A stretch of DNA of 45,908 nucleotides, taken from the NCBI RefSeq assembly GCF_001194135.2, contig NC_068986.1, forward strand, positions 1,833,568-1,879,475, read 5' to 3'. Made by a program: the position numbers and the translations under genes. Positions 1-13,188 of this stretch are shown one piece after another. The notes beneath the pieces were generated by a model. The model did not search any database and was not told the origin of the DNA. It saw nothing but the letters and a program-made list of their open reading frames with translations. How positions within the stretch are numbered: the first letter of the stretch is position 1; each line of letters opens with the position of its first letter. This DNA comes from Octopus bimaculoides. Its lineage: Eukaryota.

Positions 1-32
1 CTGTTAATACTTCATTTAGAGAATTAACATTG

Positions 33-74
<42 letters not shown>

Positions 75-1242
75 TATCTGTATACATATAGATACATATA
101 AAGTTGTAAAGAGGGGTGTGTAAATTGTGAGTTAAAAACCTGTTGGATAAAAAGTCGAATGCTTGATATTTACATGCTACTATTTATAGTTTTATATGAC
201 GCAATTTTCAATGTTCCCCCACAAGAATTCTTTCATCGAGTATATGTATATGTAACGTATGCGTGTGTGTGTGTGCATGCGTATGCGTGCATGTGCGTGT
301 CTGTATGTAAGCATGTATGTATGTACGTTTGTATGTATGCATGTGTGTATGCAAGTATGTATGTATGTGTAAATATGAAAGAATTATATATATATATGCA
401 TAGAAACACTGAAATGCCGATATCGTTTCGTAATCAGGATCGTGGAATAGAGACGAACTTGCAAAATGGTTTTTCTGTGAATATTTTATAACACAAGCCT
501 TTACACCATCTGAGTCTTAGTTTCTGTGTGATAACCATTATATTATATTACGCTTAAGTATCCTCACTCAGTAATTGATGTGCAATTTGAATAATCTAAT
601 TATATATGTGACAGATAGTGGCTTTGCAATTCACTTTACACTTTATGAAAACATCTAAGTGTCCAACGTTTCAGAATTATTTCCCTGTAAGTCGCTGGAA
701 TAAGCTTCATATAGTATGCCTAATTTATATATCCACAAACTGTGAACATAATTAGATTATCAACGGTACATGAGTCTGACAGCATATGTGAAAAATATGC
801 AGAGAACACTATCTCGTATAATGAAACTGCTATTTCATGATACACATCTGCGATACTAGCCAGATGTTCGTCAACGGTGCATTGTTTTAGCAACGTAGTG
901 ACAAAACATTTGCTCATTAAGTCTATTAAGTAATTAACTTCAGTTATTAAAAACACGCGTGAGTTAAATTAAGATACATTACGCTAAGGTTGCTATTGCC
1001 AAACGCAGTATTGTCCCCGGAAATGGAAAAAGACCGGCGTCCTTGAGAAAAGTGCATTCAGTGATTTCATTTAATTCAACGTTGATCATTTTCACTTACG
1101 AGATAGAGAATTGTGTGTGTGTATGGATGGATGGATGGATGGATGGATGGATGGATGGATGGCAGGATGGAAGGATACATACATGCATACATACATAATG
1201 CATGCATGCATGCATACATACATACATACATACATACATACA

Positions 1243-1480
1243 TTGTGAGTAAATGCCGAAGTGACAATCTGGATAAACTAAGGTTTTCAGAAAAAGAAAT
1301 CAACCAGCTCGCACAAACACAATCTGTAAGTGGAACAGTAAAAATATGCAAGTCTTTTCTCAAGTTTAAACTGTGATATTGTTTCTGTTATCGACATTCC
1401 AGCGATGGCGCTGTGTATCTTTGTTACAAATCAAGTCCTTCCTCAGAGAAAGAATTTAAATGATTAAAAACAGAAGAGAA
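1243..1480 (+). mobile_element. 3' stub of a REL-endonuclease non-LTR retrotransposon (R4/Dong-like)
   Basis: [30 protein letters not shown] plus a short 3' UTR, embedded in (CATA)n. Confidence 0.55.
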
Positions 1481-1646
1481 CATACATACATGTGTGCGCA
1501 TGCTTATATATCGGTGTGTGTATGTGTATGCATGTATGTGTATGCATGTATGTGTATGCATGTATGTGTATGTATGTATGTGTATATATATAATGCACAC
1601 ACACACACGAACACACGCACACACATCTATACATATATTTTATATA

Positions 1647-1879
1647 CAGGGTGACCATGAAATCTGAATTATCTGAAGTAACTCTTCATCCATGAATGTG
1701 CTCAAATGGACGGAAATGTGGAGATACTACTCCGAGTTCTTTTGAATCTCGAAAAGTGCATCGAGCTTTGCATCACTTATTGTGAAAACCATGTTAAAAT
1801 GTTACTCATTAATGTAGTTGAATAAAATTATTTAAAATGTTTATTTTCAACTATGTATCCAGACTTTACGGTCACACTG
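1647..1879 (+). mobile_element. Tc1/mariner non-autonomous MITE
   Basis: Imperfect TIRs CAGGGTGACCATGAAATCTGAAT / ATCCAGACTTTACGGTCACACTG with TA on both sides. Confidence 0.75.
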
Positions 1880-1960
1880 TACATTTGTATATGATACATG
1901 ATACATTATATTATGTTATTATATTATATCATATTATGTTATATTATATTATATTATAAG

Positions 1961-2175
1961 TTAGTGAGCTGGCATAATTGTTAGCACGCTGAGTGAAATG
2001 CTTAGCGGTATTTCGTCCGTCTTTACGTTCTGAGTTCAAATGCTGCCGAGGTCAACTTTGCCTTTCATTCTTTCGGTGTCGATAAAATAAGTACCAGTTG
2101 AGCACTGGGGTTGATGTAATTGACTTATCCACTTTCCCAAAATTACTGGCCCTGTGCCAAAGTTTGAAACCAATA
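1961..2175 (+). mobile_element. tRNA-derived SINE (family A)
   Basis: GAGCTGGCA..TTAGCACGC..GAGTTCAAAT..CTTTGCCTTTCAT..GTCGATAAAATAAGTACCAG. Confidence 0.85.
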
Positions 2176-2699
2176 GTGTATTATATTCACAGAGGTGAAC
2201 TTTGCCTTTCATCCTTTCAGAGCTGAAAAAGAAGAAAGAAGTAGGAGGCAAGCATTTGAGTCGATGATATATGATATTGATTAACTTCTCTCATTTACGC
2301 TGCTAGCCTTGTGCCTTATATTAGAAGCCGTTCATCATACATATATTCATAACTACATGCATACAAGAATGCATGCATACATGCTTGCTTGCTGGTAGTC
2401 AAATCATAAACGAGGACGATCGTCACTGACAAATTATCTTAGCTGAGATGTCAAAGACAGTGGTCTGTCAGTAATGCTTGTGCCACACCGCTAAACCTCT
2501 CACCTACAAAGCCAAGTAACCCAGAAACAAGCAAAAACAAAACCTCCGACTTCACAATGAGGTGAGTATTATTTCAGAATTTCCTTCTTCCAGACAAACG
2601 TCGAAACAAAAATCAGGGGCCTCTCACTCCCAGCTGTTGGATGGCCGTTGATTCTACGGAATTCATTCGTCCTTTGACAGGTTTTATTTTTCATCCCTC

Positions 2700-3413
2700 G
2701 GCTAATGACTGAGTTGCAAGCACTTGTTTACATTACTCGGCTGTTTATGAGAGTGACGTCCAAAATATAGGAATGTGCATTGGCCATCGTCTATCGTTTG
2801 CTTTGACTGAATAAAGCCTAGCCATTTGGTCAAGACGTCTATGCTTACCTTATTTTTGTTATAAAAAAGTATGGTGTCAGGCTTCTTTTGGGGGTTATTT
2901 TCAGAAGGGACTTCTAGATGTTGATGTAAGACACTCAAAACATTTTTTGCACGAGTACGATGTGTTACAGTAGGTTTCTGCGTGGATTTCAAAACCACAG
3001 TTTCATGAACTGGTTTCACCTGTTTTACTGCTTCTGATAATTCCCTTTTCTTCTGGACGGGATGCCAGTCCATCGCAGCGTTACTCAATTGTTGCGACTA
3101 AACTGCAGTTTTGTTTTGCGAGGTGTAAAGGCTATGCAATTACTGAATATCTAAAACGTTGTCACAGGTAAATAAAAGCAGGTGCAAGTTTCAAAAGTCA
3201 CCAATGCGTCACTTGACGCGTGTGGTCCTAATAGGTAGTATGGGGTGGGGTGGGGTTACAGTTGATGCAAACAATCTATAATTTATATTGTATATAGATA
3301 CCATAAAACTATGAAGACTCAAGCACCATAATGTCAAAATCTACAATAGATTTTGAATTGTGTGCAATAAAGATTTCAAAATGTGTCACTTGACGTACTC
3401 AGTTCTTCTAGTG
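2700..3413 (-). mobile_element. piggyBac-family transposon relic
   Basis: KKPDTILFYNKNK and a frameshifted DQMARLYSVK..RRWP match the C-terminal piggyBac transposase block. Terminus-like CACTAGAAG..CGTCAAGTGAC abuts TTAA at 3414-3417. The other end was not found. Confidence 0.75.
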
Positions 3414-5321
3414 TTAACATTTTGTAGTTCTTCAAACATTTACAAAGAAAGATAGCAAAAATACCTGGTACATATTATACTGCTGAATATGATGACGCCA
3501 ACTTAGTTGTTATTTTTCGTGCGGATGGCGACCCTGGATCATTTACAGCTAACATAGTGTTAACATATTTATGATCATTGAAAGAATAAATAGAAATAAT
3601 TATGTGGTAGAGGACGAAAAAGGAGTATTAGTCAATAAATAAGATTATTTTAATTTTTTTAAGCAAATAAGAGAAACAACTCATGAGCTGTTTTGATGTT
3701 ATCATGGCCTCATCAGCACGGACTTTTAAACATTTTTCGCAAACCATTAATCCTGGGGCATTATATTCTTTTATTTCAACTTATTTCAGTGTTTGATATG
3801 TATGAAAACAGCGCGTAAGTTTATGCAAGAAAGTTTGCCATTTACATAAAAATCAAATTCGTGTTGGATTTCAGTAAGCAACTTAAGAATAAGATTAACT
3901 TTTATTTAAAAAAAAAAATAACACAAACACACTTGCGCTCTCTCTCCCTCTCTCTCTCTCTCTCATTTGTAGCGATCATTCCATCCAATCAATTCTACCA
4001 GGCTTGTTTAAATTATTCCTATTTCATAATTTAAAACTCTAGTAAACTCTATTTTGCGACTGTCTATTGTATTTCGGATCAAAAACTAAGCATTTCGTTG
4101 TTGTTCTTTAAAATGAATGAAATAATGCGATAAAATACGCTTAAACGAATCTTGGATTGAATATTGTGTGCATATTCTTCAAGACCATACCTTCTTCAAG
4201 TACAATGGAAAATTACCTCGAAGGGAGGTGGAATACACAGTCTATAATGACTTCACCATATTAGACGAGTTAGCTGCGACACACATACTAATAATAACTG
4301 ACTGCAAACGAAGAATAGGCACAGAAGAATAGGTGGATTGCATGTTAAAACGATTTATACTGTACAGCTGGCTGAAATGGTTTCTCTATAATCTCTGTGA
4401 AACTAGAAACATGGTTAGAGATGATCAAGTGGATGGAGAGGAATATTGTTGTCATTGTCCTAAGCAGCTTCTTTTTCTATACAGATCGGTCCCTACAGAA
4501 AACATCTGCGGAAGTCCATTGGCAATATGAATGAACTATAAGAATAGATTTGATTTTGTTCTTCATACTTCGTTACACCTTGTCATAGTCACCATCGAAG
4601 GTTTTGATTAATTAAACCAACGCTCAGAACTAAAGTAACAGCTATAGCTGCTGTTGCATTATGCTGTCTTCTCCCTAAACTAAGAATATGTCAGCAGAAC
4701 GCGGTTGCATCTATAACGGAGTTGAAAACGAATGCCAACTTGATCACAGTGCTTTTATTTAGCTCTATCTAAATTTTATAACAGAATCTTGGGATGAAAT
4801 TTGTCAAAATTATACGAAGGAAATATTGTGGAATCTTGGAATATACAACAGAAACTAAAATTAATTTGCTATATATTCCTTGTAACCACGATTATTAAAG
4901 ATTTTAGTATGTCCAGGTTAGGAAGTAACTCACTTGAATTATTAACCTACGATTGTAACAAAGAAATGTTTCAGTAATGTTCGATAAACTTTCGAGATTG
5001 TTACAAATGCAAGGCCCCCACCATAACTGAAGATCAACAACTACGACTAACAACTGCCGTGTCAAGTTAAACCGCTAATGGTATGACATCAATTAAAGGA
5101 CATTTTGAATTTGACATCACATTAAATACAAAACAACAGAACAGGGTAAAATATGTGAAAATATAACACTTCAATTATTGTATTGGCATGAAAAATTAAT
5201 TCACAGATGCAACATCAATGACAATCGTCTTTGAATGCATTGTTCAGATTTAATGTTGAATAGCCCTTAGAACAAGGATAAGAAACTTCTTTTTGTAATG
5301 ACCCACTTGTGTATTATATCA

Positions 5322-5661
5322 TATTATTTATTATTATTTATGCGCCCTTTTTCAAAGCCTAGCCAGGCCCATGGGCCCGGTTTCCCGGTTTCTATTGCAT
5401 ATGTGTTCCCCCCAGCTGGACGGGATGCCAGTCCATCGCAGCGTTACTCAAGAAGCAAGAAGAAAGGGTGAGAGAAAGTTGGGGCGAAAGCGTACAACAG
5501 GGATCACCACCACCCCCTGCCGGAGCCTCGTGGAGCTTTTAAGTGTTTTCGCTCAATAAACACACGCAACGCCCGGTCTGGGAATCGAAACCGCGAATCC
5601 TCCGACCGCGAATCCTCCGACCGCGAGTCCGCTGCCCTAACTACTGGGCCATTGTGCCTCC
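5322..5661 (-). mobile_element. Full-length tRNA-derived SINE (family B)
   Basis: Head GGAGGCACAATGGCCCAGTAGTTAGGGCAGCGG..GGTTTCGATTCCC with A and B boxes, body GCGATGGACTGGCATCCCGTCCAG, (TAA)n tail. Confidence 0.85.
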
Positions 5662-6133
5662 GTTTTATAACTTACATATTACCGCATATCTCATGTTTCT
5701 ATCAACGGCAATTTTTATGCAAGAAAAGCAAAATTAAATAAATCGTGACGCAAGCGTTTATCTAAAAACCATTAAATTATTTATTTTTTAGAAAAGGTCT
5801 GTGACCTCCAGAATTCGCCTTTTGTGAGCCGCAGTGCACCTGCTGCCAACCTCTAACTAATACATGGTTTCAAATAGTCAAAACAGAAGGTCGTCACTGC
5901 TTTTCATATAGTCATTGCATTAGTTTTTAATACGTCTATTACCGTCTCCTGTCGAGCACGAAATTGTAGATTCTATATGCACTGTTCATTAGGTGTGATA
6001 TCCTACGACTACGACGTATCTCAAAGTTAGTGGAGTCGGTGGAATCAGTCCCCACATAAAAATACACTGGTAGTTGCTGTTAACACACTAATCCACATCA
6101 TATTTATTTGTGGAACCAAGAGGTTTATTAAAC

Positions 6134-6547
6134 ATTCTTTTCGACTCTAGGTACAAGGCCCGAAATTTTGGGTGAGAGGGCCAGCCGATTAGATCGACCC
6201 CAGTACGCAACTGGTACTTAATTTATCAGCCCCGAAAGGATGACAGACAAAGTCGACCTCGGCGGAATTTGAACTCCGAACGCTAAGCGTTTCGCCCGGC
6301 GTGCTAACGTTTCTTATTTCTTTACTGCCCACAAGGAGCTACACACAGAGGGGACAAACAAGGACAGACAAACAGATTAAGTCGATTATATTTGTCCCCA
6401 GTGCGTAGCTGGTACTTAATTTATCGACCCCGAAAGATGTAAAACAAAGTCGACCTCGGCGGAATTTGAACTCAGAACGTAGCGGCAGACGAAATACCGC
6501 TAAGCATTTCGCCCGGCGTGCTAACGTTTCTGCCAGCTCGCCGCCTT
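6134..6547 (-). mobile_element. Two tandem family-A SINE copies, minus strand
   Basis: Reverse complements of the family-A core at about 6134-6312 and 6313-6547, with different 3' tails. Confidence 0.85.
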
Positions 6548-6712
6548 AGGTTTATTAAATATTCTAACCGTGACTAAATGTATTTTAAAGTGTTNNNNNN
6601 NNNNNNNNNNNNNNNNNNNNNNNNNNNNNNNNNNNNNNNNNNNNNNNNNNNNNNNNNNNNNNNNNNNNNNNNNNNNNNNNNNNNNNNNNNNNNNNNNNNN
6701 NNNNNNNNNNNN

Positions 6713-6916
6713 TATATATATACATATACACATACGTATATATATATACATATATATATACACATATATATATATATTATATATATAGATAGATATACAC
6801 ACATATATATACATATATATATACATATATATATATTTATATATATATATAGCGAGAGAGAGGGGGAGAAAGAGAGAGAGACACAGAGAGAGAGAGACAC
6901 AGAGAGAGAGAGAGAC

Positions 6917-6975
<59 letters not shown>
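6713..6975. repeat. Compound microsatellite (TA)n-(GA)n-(GACA)n; similar tracts at 34-70, 240-400, 1113-1240, 13391-13460, 18213-18255, 18800-19075, 21100-21200, 21675-21935, 23695-23725, 28386-28860, 32508-32535 and 43884-43918
   Basis: Directly visible. These tracts explain most of the low-complexity ORFs in the track. Confidence 0.95.
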
Positions 6976-7114
6976 GGCAAGCAGGCAGACAGTGCAAGCC
7001 CTCCGAAACTCTAGTTTGGTGTCTGGCATGCTGGAAGACCACTGGGAGTGAGGCATCCCTCACTGCACGTGGTTTGTTAGCGATTTTTCCTTAGTTTTCC
7101 TTCTTTGTCTTTGG

Positions 7115-7550
7115 ACAGCGTTTCATCCGACTTTACGATCTGAGTTGAAATTCTGCCGAGGTCGTCTTTACTTATCATCTTTTCGAGGTCGACTTTGCTT
7201 TTCACCTTTTCTGGATTGACATTCCTTTTCATCCTTTTCTGGATCGACTTTCCTTTTCATCCTTTTCATCTTTTCGGGGTCGATAAGGTTGATCACTGGG
7301 TTCGATGTAATCGACTAGCAGCCCATCCTCCTACAATTGTTGGTCTTGTACCAAAAGCTGAAACCAATTTGAAACCAATATATAGACGCACAGTAAAATC
7401 AGTAAAATATGGAAACATAATTTTCAACAACTAAAACTTTATCTGCGTATATATTACGTGTGCGAGAGTGTAGCTGAGCATGTGTGTACATATATCACAC
7501 CCACACCCATGTGGGGCTTCCATATACTCAACTATGCTCGCTTCACCCTC

Positions 7551-7581
<31 letters not shown>

Positions 7582-7800
7582 CAAAAAATTCGAAGCTTTG
7601 CACCTATGTAATAAATCAATAATTTTATAGATATTAGCTTGTTAGAATCGGTTGAGCATCGGAAAGGAACATATCTTGTGGTATTTACTCAGTTTTCTTA
7701 TATCCTAAGTTGGAATCCTGCTGAGGTCGATTTCGCTTTCATCTTTTTGACTGGAGAGCAATAAAATAAAGTACCAGTTTAATTTTGAGGTTGATTGAAT
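7115..7800 (+). mobile_element. Degenerate family-A SINE copies
   Basis: The core CTTTTCATC..GTCGA is locally reiterated at 7170-7285. A second diverged copy lies at about 7630-7800. Confidence 0.65.
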
Positions 7801-9301
7801 CGACTACAACTTCTTCCTATCAAATTTCTACCGATTTCTAACATCGGTACGAAGCCGATGTAAAAGATCAATATTTTTTCTAGGTTATGGTTCATTGGCA
7901 GAAGAGAAAATGGTACAATGACATACTAAATGAATTAGTCATTCTTGATTCGATCATCGATGTTTTGAGTTCAATGCTCGGCCGTAGTCGATAAAATAAA
8001 TATCAGTATTGTTTTATTATATACTAAAGGAAATTCGATCGAATTCTGATTCGCCCTAACAGAAATTGGCCAAGTGCCGAATAAGAAGTAATCGATATTA
8101 ATATTTCCTATAAATTTCCTTCACTTGAAGAGCAAGGAGAAAAGGAAGAAGCGTCCTACGCAAAGAATGTTCTTTCGGTATGTAAAAATGTTTTGTGCAC
8201 TGGCTTTTCCGAAGTCACATAGAAGTAAGTGTGAGGAATTCGATTGTAGACTTTGGATCGAAAGGTTTTTGTCTTCGATTTACCATGTTTAGTGGCATTA
8301 TGTAACATAATAACTGGATTTCGTTTTGGAGCGTGTTCAAATATTGAAAAAGTACACTACAATCAGCTATATTGCACATATCAACTAGTTGGTCTACCCG
8401 ATAGAAACTGTGTATTAAGTAGTGTTAAATGTAGGGATCGTATTGTTCTCTACGCACGAATGAATGGAAAATATATGCGTTTTATTTGAACAACTGCTTT
8501 AAGAGATGACATTAATTAGAATGTCTTTTACAAGTAAGTCAGCGGCGCGAGGCAAGTTAATATTTTTTGCTTTAACTGTTTAGTGAGAGAAGAAGAGGCA
8601 ACACCCATGACCCTTTCCAGGATTTTGGATACTGATGGAAGAAAAGGATAGAGTTGTCCTCAAAGGACTCGCAAAAGGCACCTATGAGCCAGATAGTTGT
8701 GTTAAACCGGTTTGTCCCCCTCCCCAATACAAAGGAACGTACCCTCCGATGAGCTTTCATATTGGTCTTGACGAACAATTTCAATTAACAAAACTTTGAT
8801 CAATCTGAGGCTATGGTAGAAGACAATTCTCCAAATTATTATGTAATGCGAGCGAACCCAAAGTCATGTAATTCTGAAGTAAAATTCTTATACACGCAAT
8901 CATGTCTGCACTGAGTGGAAATCCAAAACTTGTAAAAGACTCGTCGATCGTCATTGAATTATTATAAATTTGAGATGATTTATGTATGAATAAATTTATG
9001 CACAACTCATCTGAAATTTTTTTCACCAAACATTATAATTCATTTGGCATGTAAGTGTAGAAATGTAATTAATAGCCTCCTTTACAGAAAATGCCTGTCG
9101 AAGGAGCTAGTATATCGAACCAATGTAAAAATCAGTAGATGGCATGGATAAAAGATATATCAAATTAACTGAATACGCCTTGAAAATCCGATATAAACAG
9201 TATAACCATTCTTCCAGACATCGAAATATATTTTGTACCTAAAGATCAGAGGTATATACTATATACATACATTCATTTTATAATATCGATTAGTAGAAAG
9301 G

Positions 9302-9505
9302 CTGCGAGCTGGCAGAATGGTTAGTACGCCGGGCGAAATGCTTAGCGGTATTTCGTCTGTCTTTATGTTCTGAGTTCAAATTCCGCCGCGGTCGACTTTG
9401 CCTTTCGTCCCTTCGGGGTCGATAAATTAAGCACCAGTTGCGTACTGGGTCGATCTAATCGACTATTCCCCCTCCCCAAAAATTTCGGGCCTTGTGCTTG
9501 AGTAG
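9302..9505 (+). mobile_element. tRNA-derived SINE (family A), near-intact
   Basis: Complete head, core and tail motif set. Confidence 0.88.
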
Positions 9506-11984
9506 AAAAGAATATCGTTCAGTAGAGTTTTCATTTGCGATATTTCTTCATGCTCTCCATGTTATAAGTCCAAGTTCCGCCAAGGTGAACTTTGTGTTTC
9601 ATCATTTCTACGTTGATAAATAAAGTACTCACCAAGTGTTAATGCAGCCTTCTTCTCTCCCTCTAGCAGTTATATCTTGAATGTCCTGCTGGGTCTAGAG
9701 TGGGTCGGTCAAGATGCTTGTGTCTGCTTTCAACTGCATGGGCTAAATAATTCATTGCCAATAAATGTTATAATATCACTATGGTTTTCTATTAAATATA
9801 TACTCAATGTATGCTTAATATGTATCATTACCCTTCATTTTATGGGGGGAAATGTCTAGATGGGCTCTTTTCAGTCAAAAGTTGTTAGCGTGGTTCACCC
9901 AAAAAACTGAAGAATCTGAAATAAAAAAAGACAGGACGTTACACAGAATAATGAAAACATAAGAATGGTGTTGCCATAGTGCGCAAATCAGATGGGGAAA
10001 GTTTTATCAAAATCGATTCACAGAAAACTCGTATATATGCTCTTTTTATTAAAACTGAAGCTGAGAGATTATTTTGTGACTTAAGTTTCATGCCACAGCG
10101 ATTCTCAGGCGAGATTGTTACAACTCTATATTGGTAACCAATACTCGAGTCGTGAAACAAACTTTCAATTTTAATGAAAAAAAGAAACATATCGTCTACA
10201 AAATGTATTGAGCACTCCCTTCTCGTTTGTTCGACATTAAGCAAGATACGCAAACATACACACTCAAACACACACACACACTTATATATATATATATATA
10301 AATATTTGGCAGTAATTTTATGTTTATCAGTGTATCTATGTAAGAGTGTGTGTCTGTATTTAAGTATATATTTCCAAAATTTCGTTTATAATCACAGTCT
10401 GTTAGAAATACGATAACGATATGGAAAATTTGCTTTAAAATTTTTTGATGTTCAATCGCTCGATTGGCAAGCAAAAGTCAATAAATAAATGTGATTGGCA
10501 TCAATGGTTCTTGCTATTAGATACAATGTGTCTACTATCTAATAAATTGGTTTCAGACATTCAAAGCCTTTGTCAAAGAAATTTAAACGATCTTCATAAA
10601 TGTCTGTCTTGTGTATGTGTGCCTATACGTCTGCACAGGTTTAGTAATGACATGAGAATATTTCCCCAGTGATGCCGTCTGCAAGTAAAACGTATAGCTA
10701 AGTAGGAGCTAATATACGTAAATATAGCGAGACAAAATATAATTTAATCAATTAAAATTATAACCGTGATGAAAAAAAATCGAGGAAGGTGTATTGGCAG
10801 AACTGTTATAGGATAGTGTAAAATGCCTTGTGGAATATGTTCCGGCTCCTTGCATTTTGACTGAAACACTTGTGATGACAATGGTGTTAAATTATATTGA
10901 TCCATGTCGGCGACCATTCCCTCGGTTAAACTCTGGTAGCGTAGAGAGAGGAAACTAACTTTCATGTATGGAGAACTACATGCCTTCCTCAAAAACTTTT
11001 GCGGTTGTCTTGTTTATACATATGGAGATGCGTGGTCAAACTTGACTGACGGAGAGCTCCCTTGTCATTGACGATAATTTTCATTAATACTATTCATTCG
11101 TCCTCTCGTTATTTTCGTTATTGATGCAATTTTAATGTATCAAACCTTTTCTATGTCTCTACATTAAATATATTCCTTCTTACATGAGCTCTTCGTCCCC
11201 TAGGGATCATAGGCCATCAACAGCTTTTCTCCACTGTCCTCGACTCGGGTGTTTTTTTTTTCTGCCTCTATCATCTCCCCGGCTTTGTTGGTTTTGAATT
11301 GTCATTAATGCTTCTGTTTACGTTTTTCTCGGTGGAGCTGTTGACCCTACCACAAACCCACTTTTGCCTCTGGGAAAAGGTATCTATTCATCTTTCCAGC
11401 ATAGGAACCTCCCCCCACACACACACACACACAGACACACACACAGCTTGTGCTCCGCTGGAATAGATCTTAGGGTCATTGAAGTACACAAACTACACCG
11501 CAACTAGGATTAAGCCTTGTTGTGGATTAAATATATTAGTTTCATTTAAATACCGGCAACATTGTTTCCCGTTTGATTCTGTTGGAAATGTGTCACGACG
11601 CTCCATCAAAAACATTCTAGTGGTGGCCATCCTGTCTTTCTAAGACGTGTTCGTTTTTATTAGAAGAAATTTTGTCTGCTATTTATTGCAATCCGTGGCA
11701 CCATATAGAGGCTCCTTCCCTAGCTCGAATGTGAGAATTTAATTCCATTGTGTGGCGGCTTTGAATACAAATCCCTACACATGAGTTTCATACAACCAGA
11801 CTAATGAGAACTTGCGTGTGCTCTTTAAAAAGGTATGAACGTTACGAAATCTACGCTTCTCCATCATTGGGTGTGAAGTGAATCGCTTCCTAGATTCATA
11901 ACTAGGATTCGAAACCCAGACTAAATTCTTTTACACAAAGAAATTTATGAGACGCAACTGGCATATTTAGATGAGTCTTAAGGC

Positions 11985-12150
11985 AGCGAGATGGCAGAAT
12001 CGTTAGCGCGCCGGGCGAAACAGCGGTAGTTTGCCTTCCTTCACGCTCTGAGTTCAAACTCCGCCGAGGTCGACTTTGCCTTTCATCCTTTCGGGGTCGA
12101 TAAATTAAGTACCAGTGAAACACTGGGGTCGATATAATCGACTATTTTCC
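11985..12150 (+). mobile_element. tRNA-derived SINE (family A)
   Basis: Head and core motifs present, with an internal deletion. Confidence 0.85.
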
Positions 12151-12923
12151 CACCCAATTTCATTTTTATGAATACTTTACGACTGAGATTCAATTTAATA
12201 TTTATTTATCAGAATAGTGTATTTACTTTTTATACAGCTATCCTTCTGCGTATGTCTATGAAACTGTTACGACGTTGATTGGCGTTAAATGGTGTTTTCT
12301 CTAAGTTTGTACTTATGAACGTTATTTGAATCTGTCAATTAAACAGGAATAAGCGTAGCAAATTGTATTGCTGAAACTAGTTTACTGCAATTCTGAAATA
12401 ATTGAATTTTAGCATTGAATAAGTGATCGTATTGATGTCTATTATAGGTAAGTGAAATTCTACATATTATAGTAGCCATTTTTATTTATATTTACTTTAT
12501 TTTATTTTATCTGTTTGTTTTTATTTTTAAAGATAGAAGATTTAGGCAAATTACTCAAATCGGGTGATTTACAAGAGTCGGTTTTATCGATTCTGGAAAA
12601 ACCTTTTCCAAAATTAGATCTGTTTGAATCCTGACACAGAAACGTTAAGTACTGGACGCAATAGTTTTTAATATGGAGTTTTATTGCAAAGGTTTCCAAA
12701 TCCTAACGTTCTTCCAGGATCTTGATATGGCTCAGTTCAATGTCATTTCAGTATGATATGACATATTTAAAGTCAAACAAATTATTTCCAATCACATGGC
12801 AATCTGAGAATCACATGGCAGTTTGATTGCTAAACTACATACGCGCGCGCGCACACACACACATACACATACACTCACAGATCACACATATATGCATATA
12901 TATATATAAATATATAAATATAT

Positions 12924-13188
12924 AAAGGATAAAGAGAGCAATGGTAAGGTTGGAAATATAATTTTATGGATAGAGTCTTACAAGTACTGTTCTCTCTTTC
13001 TTTCTTTTTTCAGCACATCACACTCACTATCACTTCATACTAAAACTCTCCGCCTATGGATATAATAATCGATTCCTTTACTATTTCTGTCTCCGATGAA
13101 GGGAAGTACTGGATCTTCCCAGAAACAGCTGTAAGACTCTATCCATAAAATTATATTTCCAACCTTACCATTGCTCTCTTTATCCTTT
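12924..13188. repeat. Perfect 59-bp inverted repeat around a Penelope-like stub
   Basis: 12924-12982 is the exact reverse complement of 13130-13188. Confidence 0.9.
13089..13137 (+). ncRNA. Minimal type I hammerhead ribozyme motif (U4C variant)
   Basis: GTCT-CCGATGA-A-GGGAAG(tactggat)CTTCCC-A-GAAA-C(AGCT)G-TA^AGAC. Palindromic stem-III loop and GUA cleavage triplet as in PLE minimal hammerheads. Confidence 0.55.

Noticed and set aside
5560-5661. tRNA genes (also 29390-29470 and the family-A heads)
   Set aside because: SINE heads lacking a complete cloverleaf and fused to SINE bodies.
8490-12455. Isolated GTAAGT donors at about 8534 and 12448 as coding exons
   Set aside because: Upstream segments have stops or no credible acceptor.
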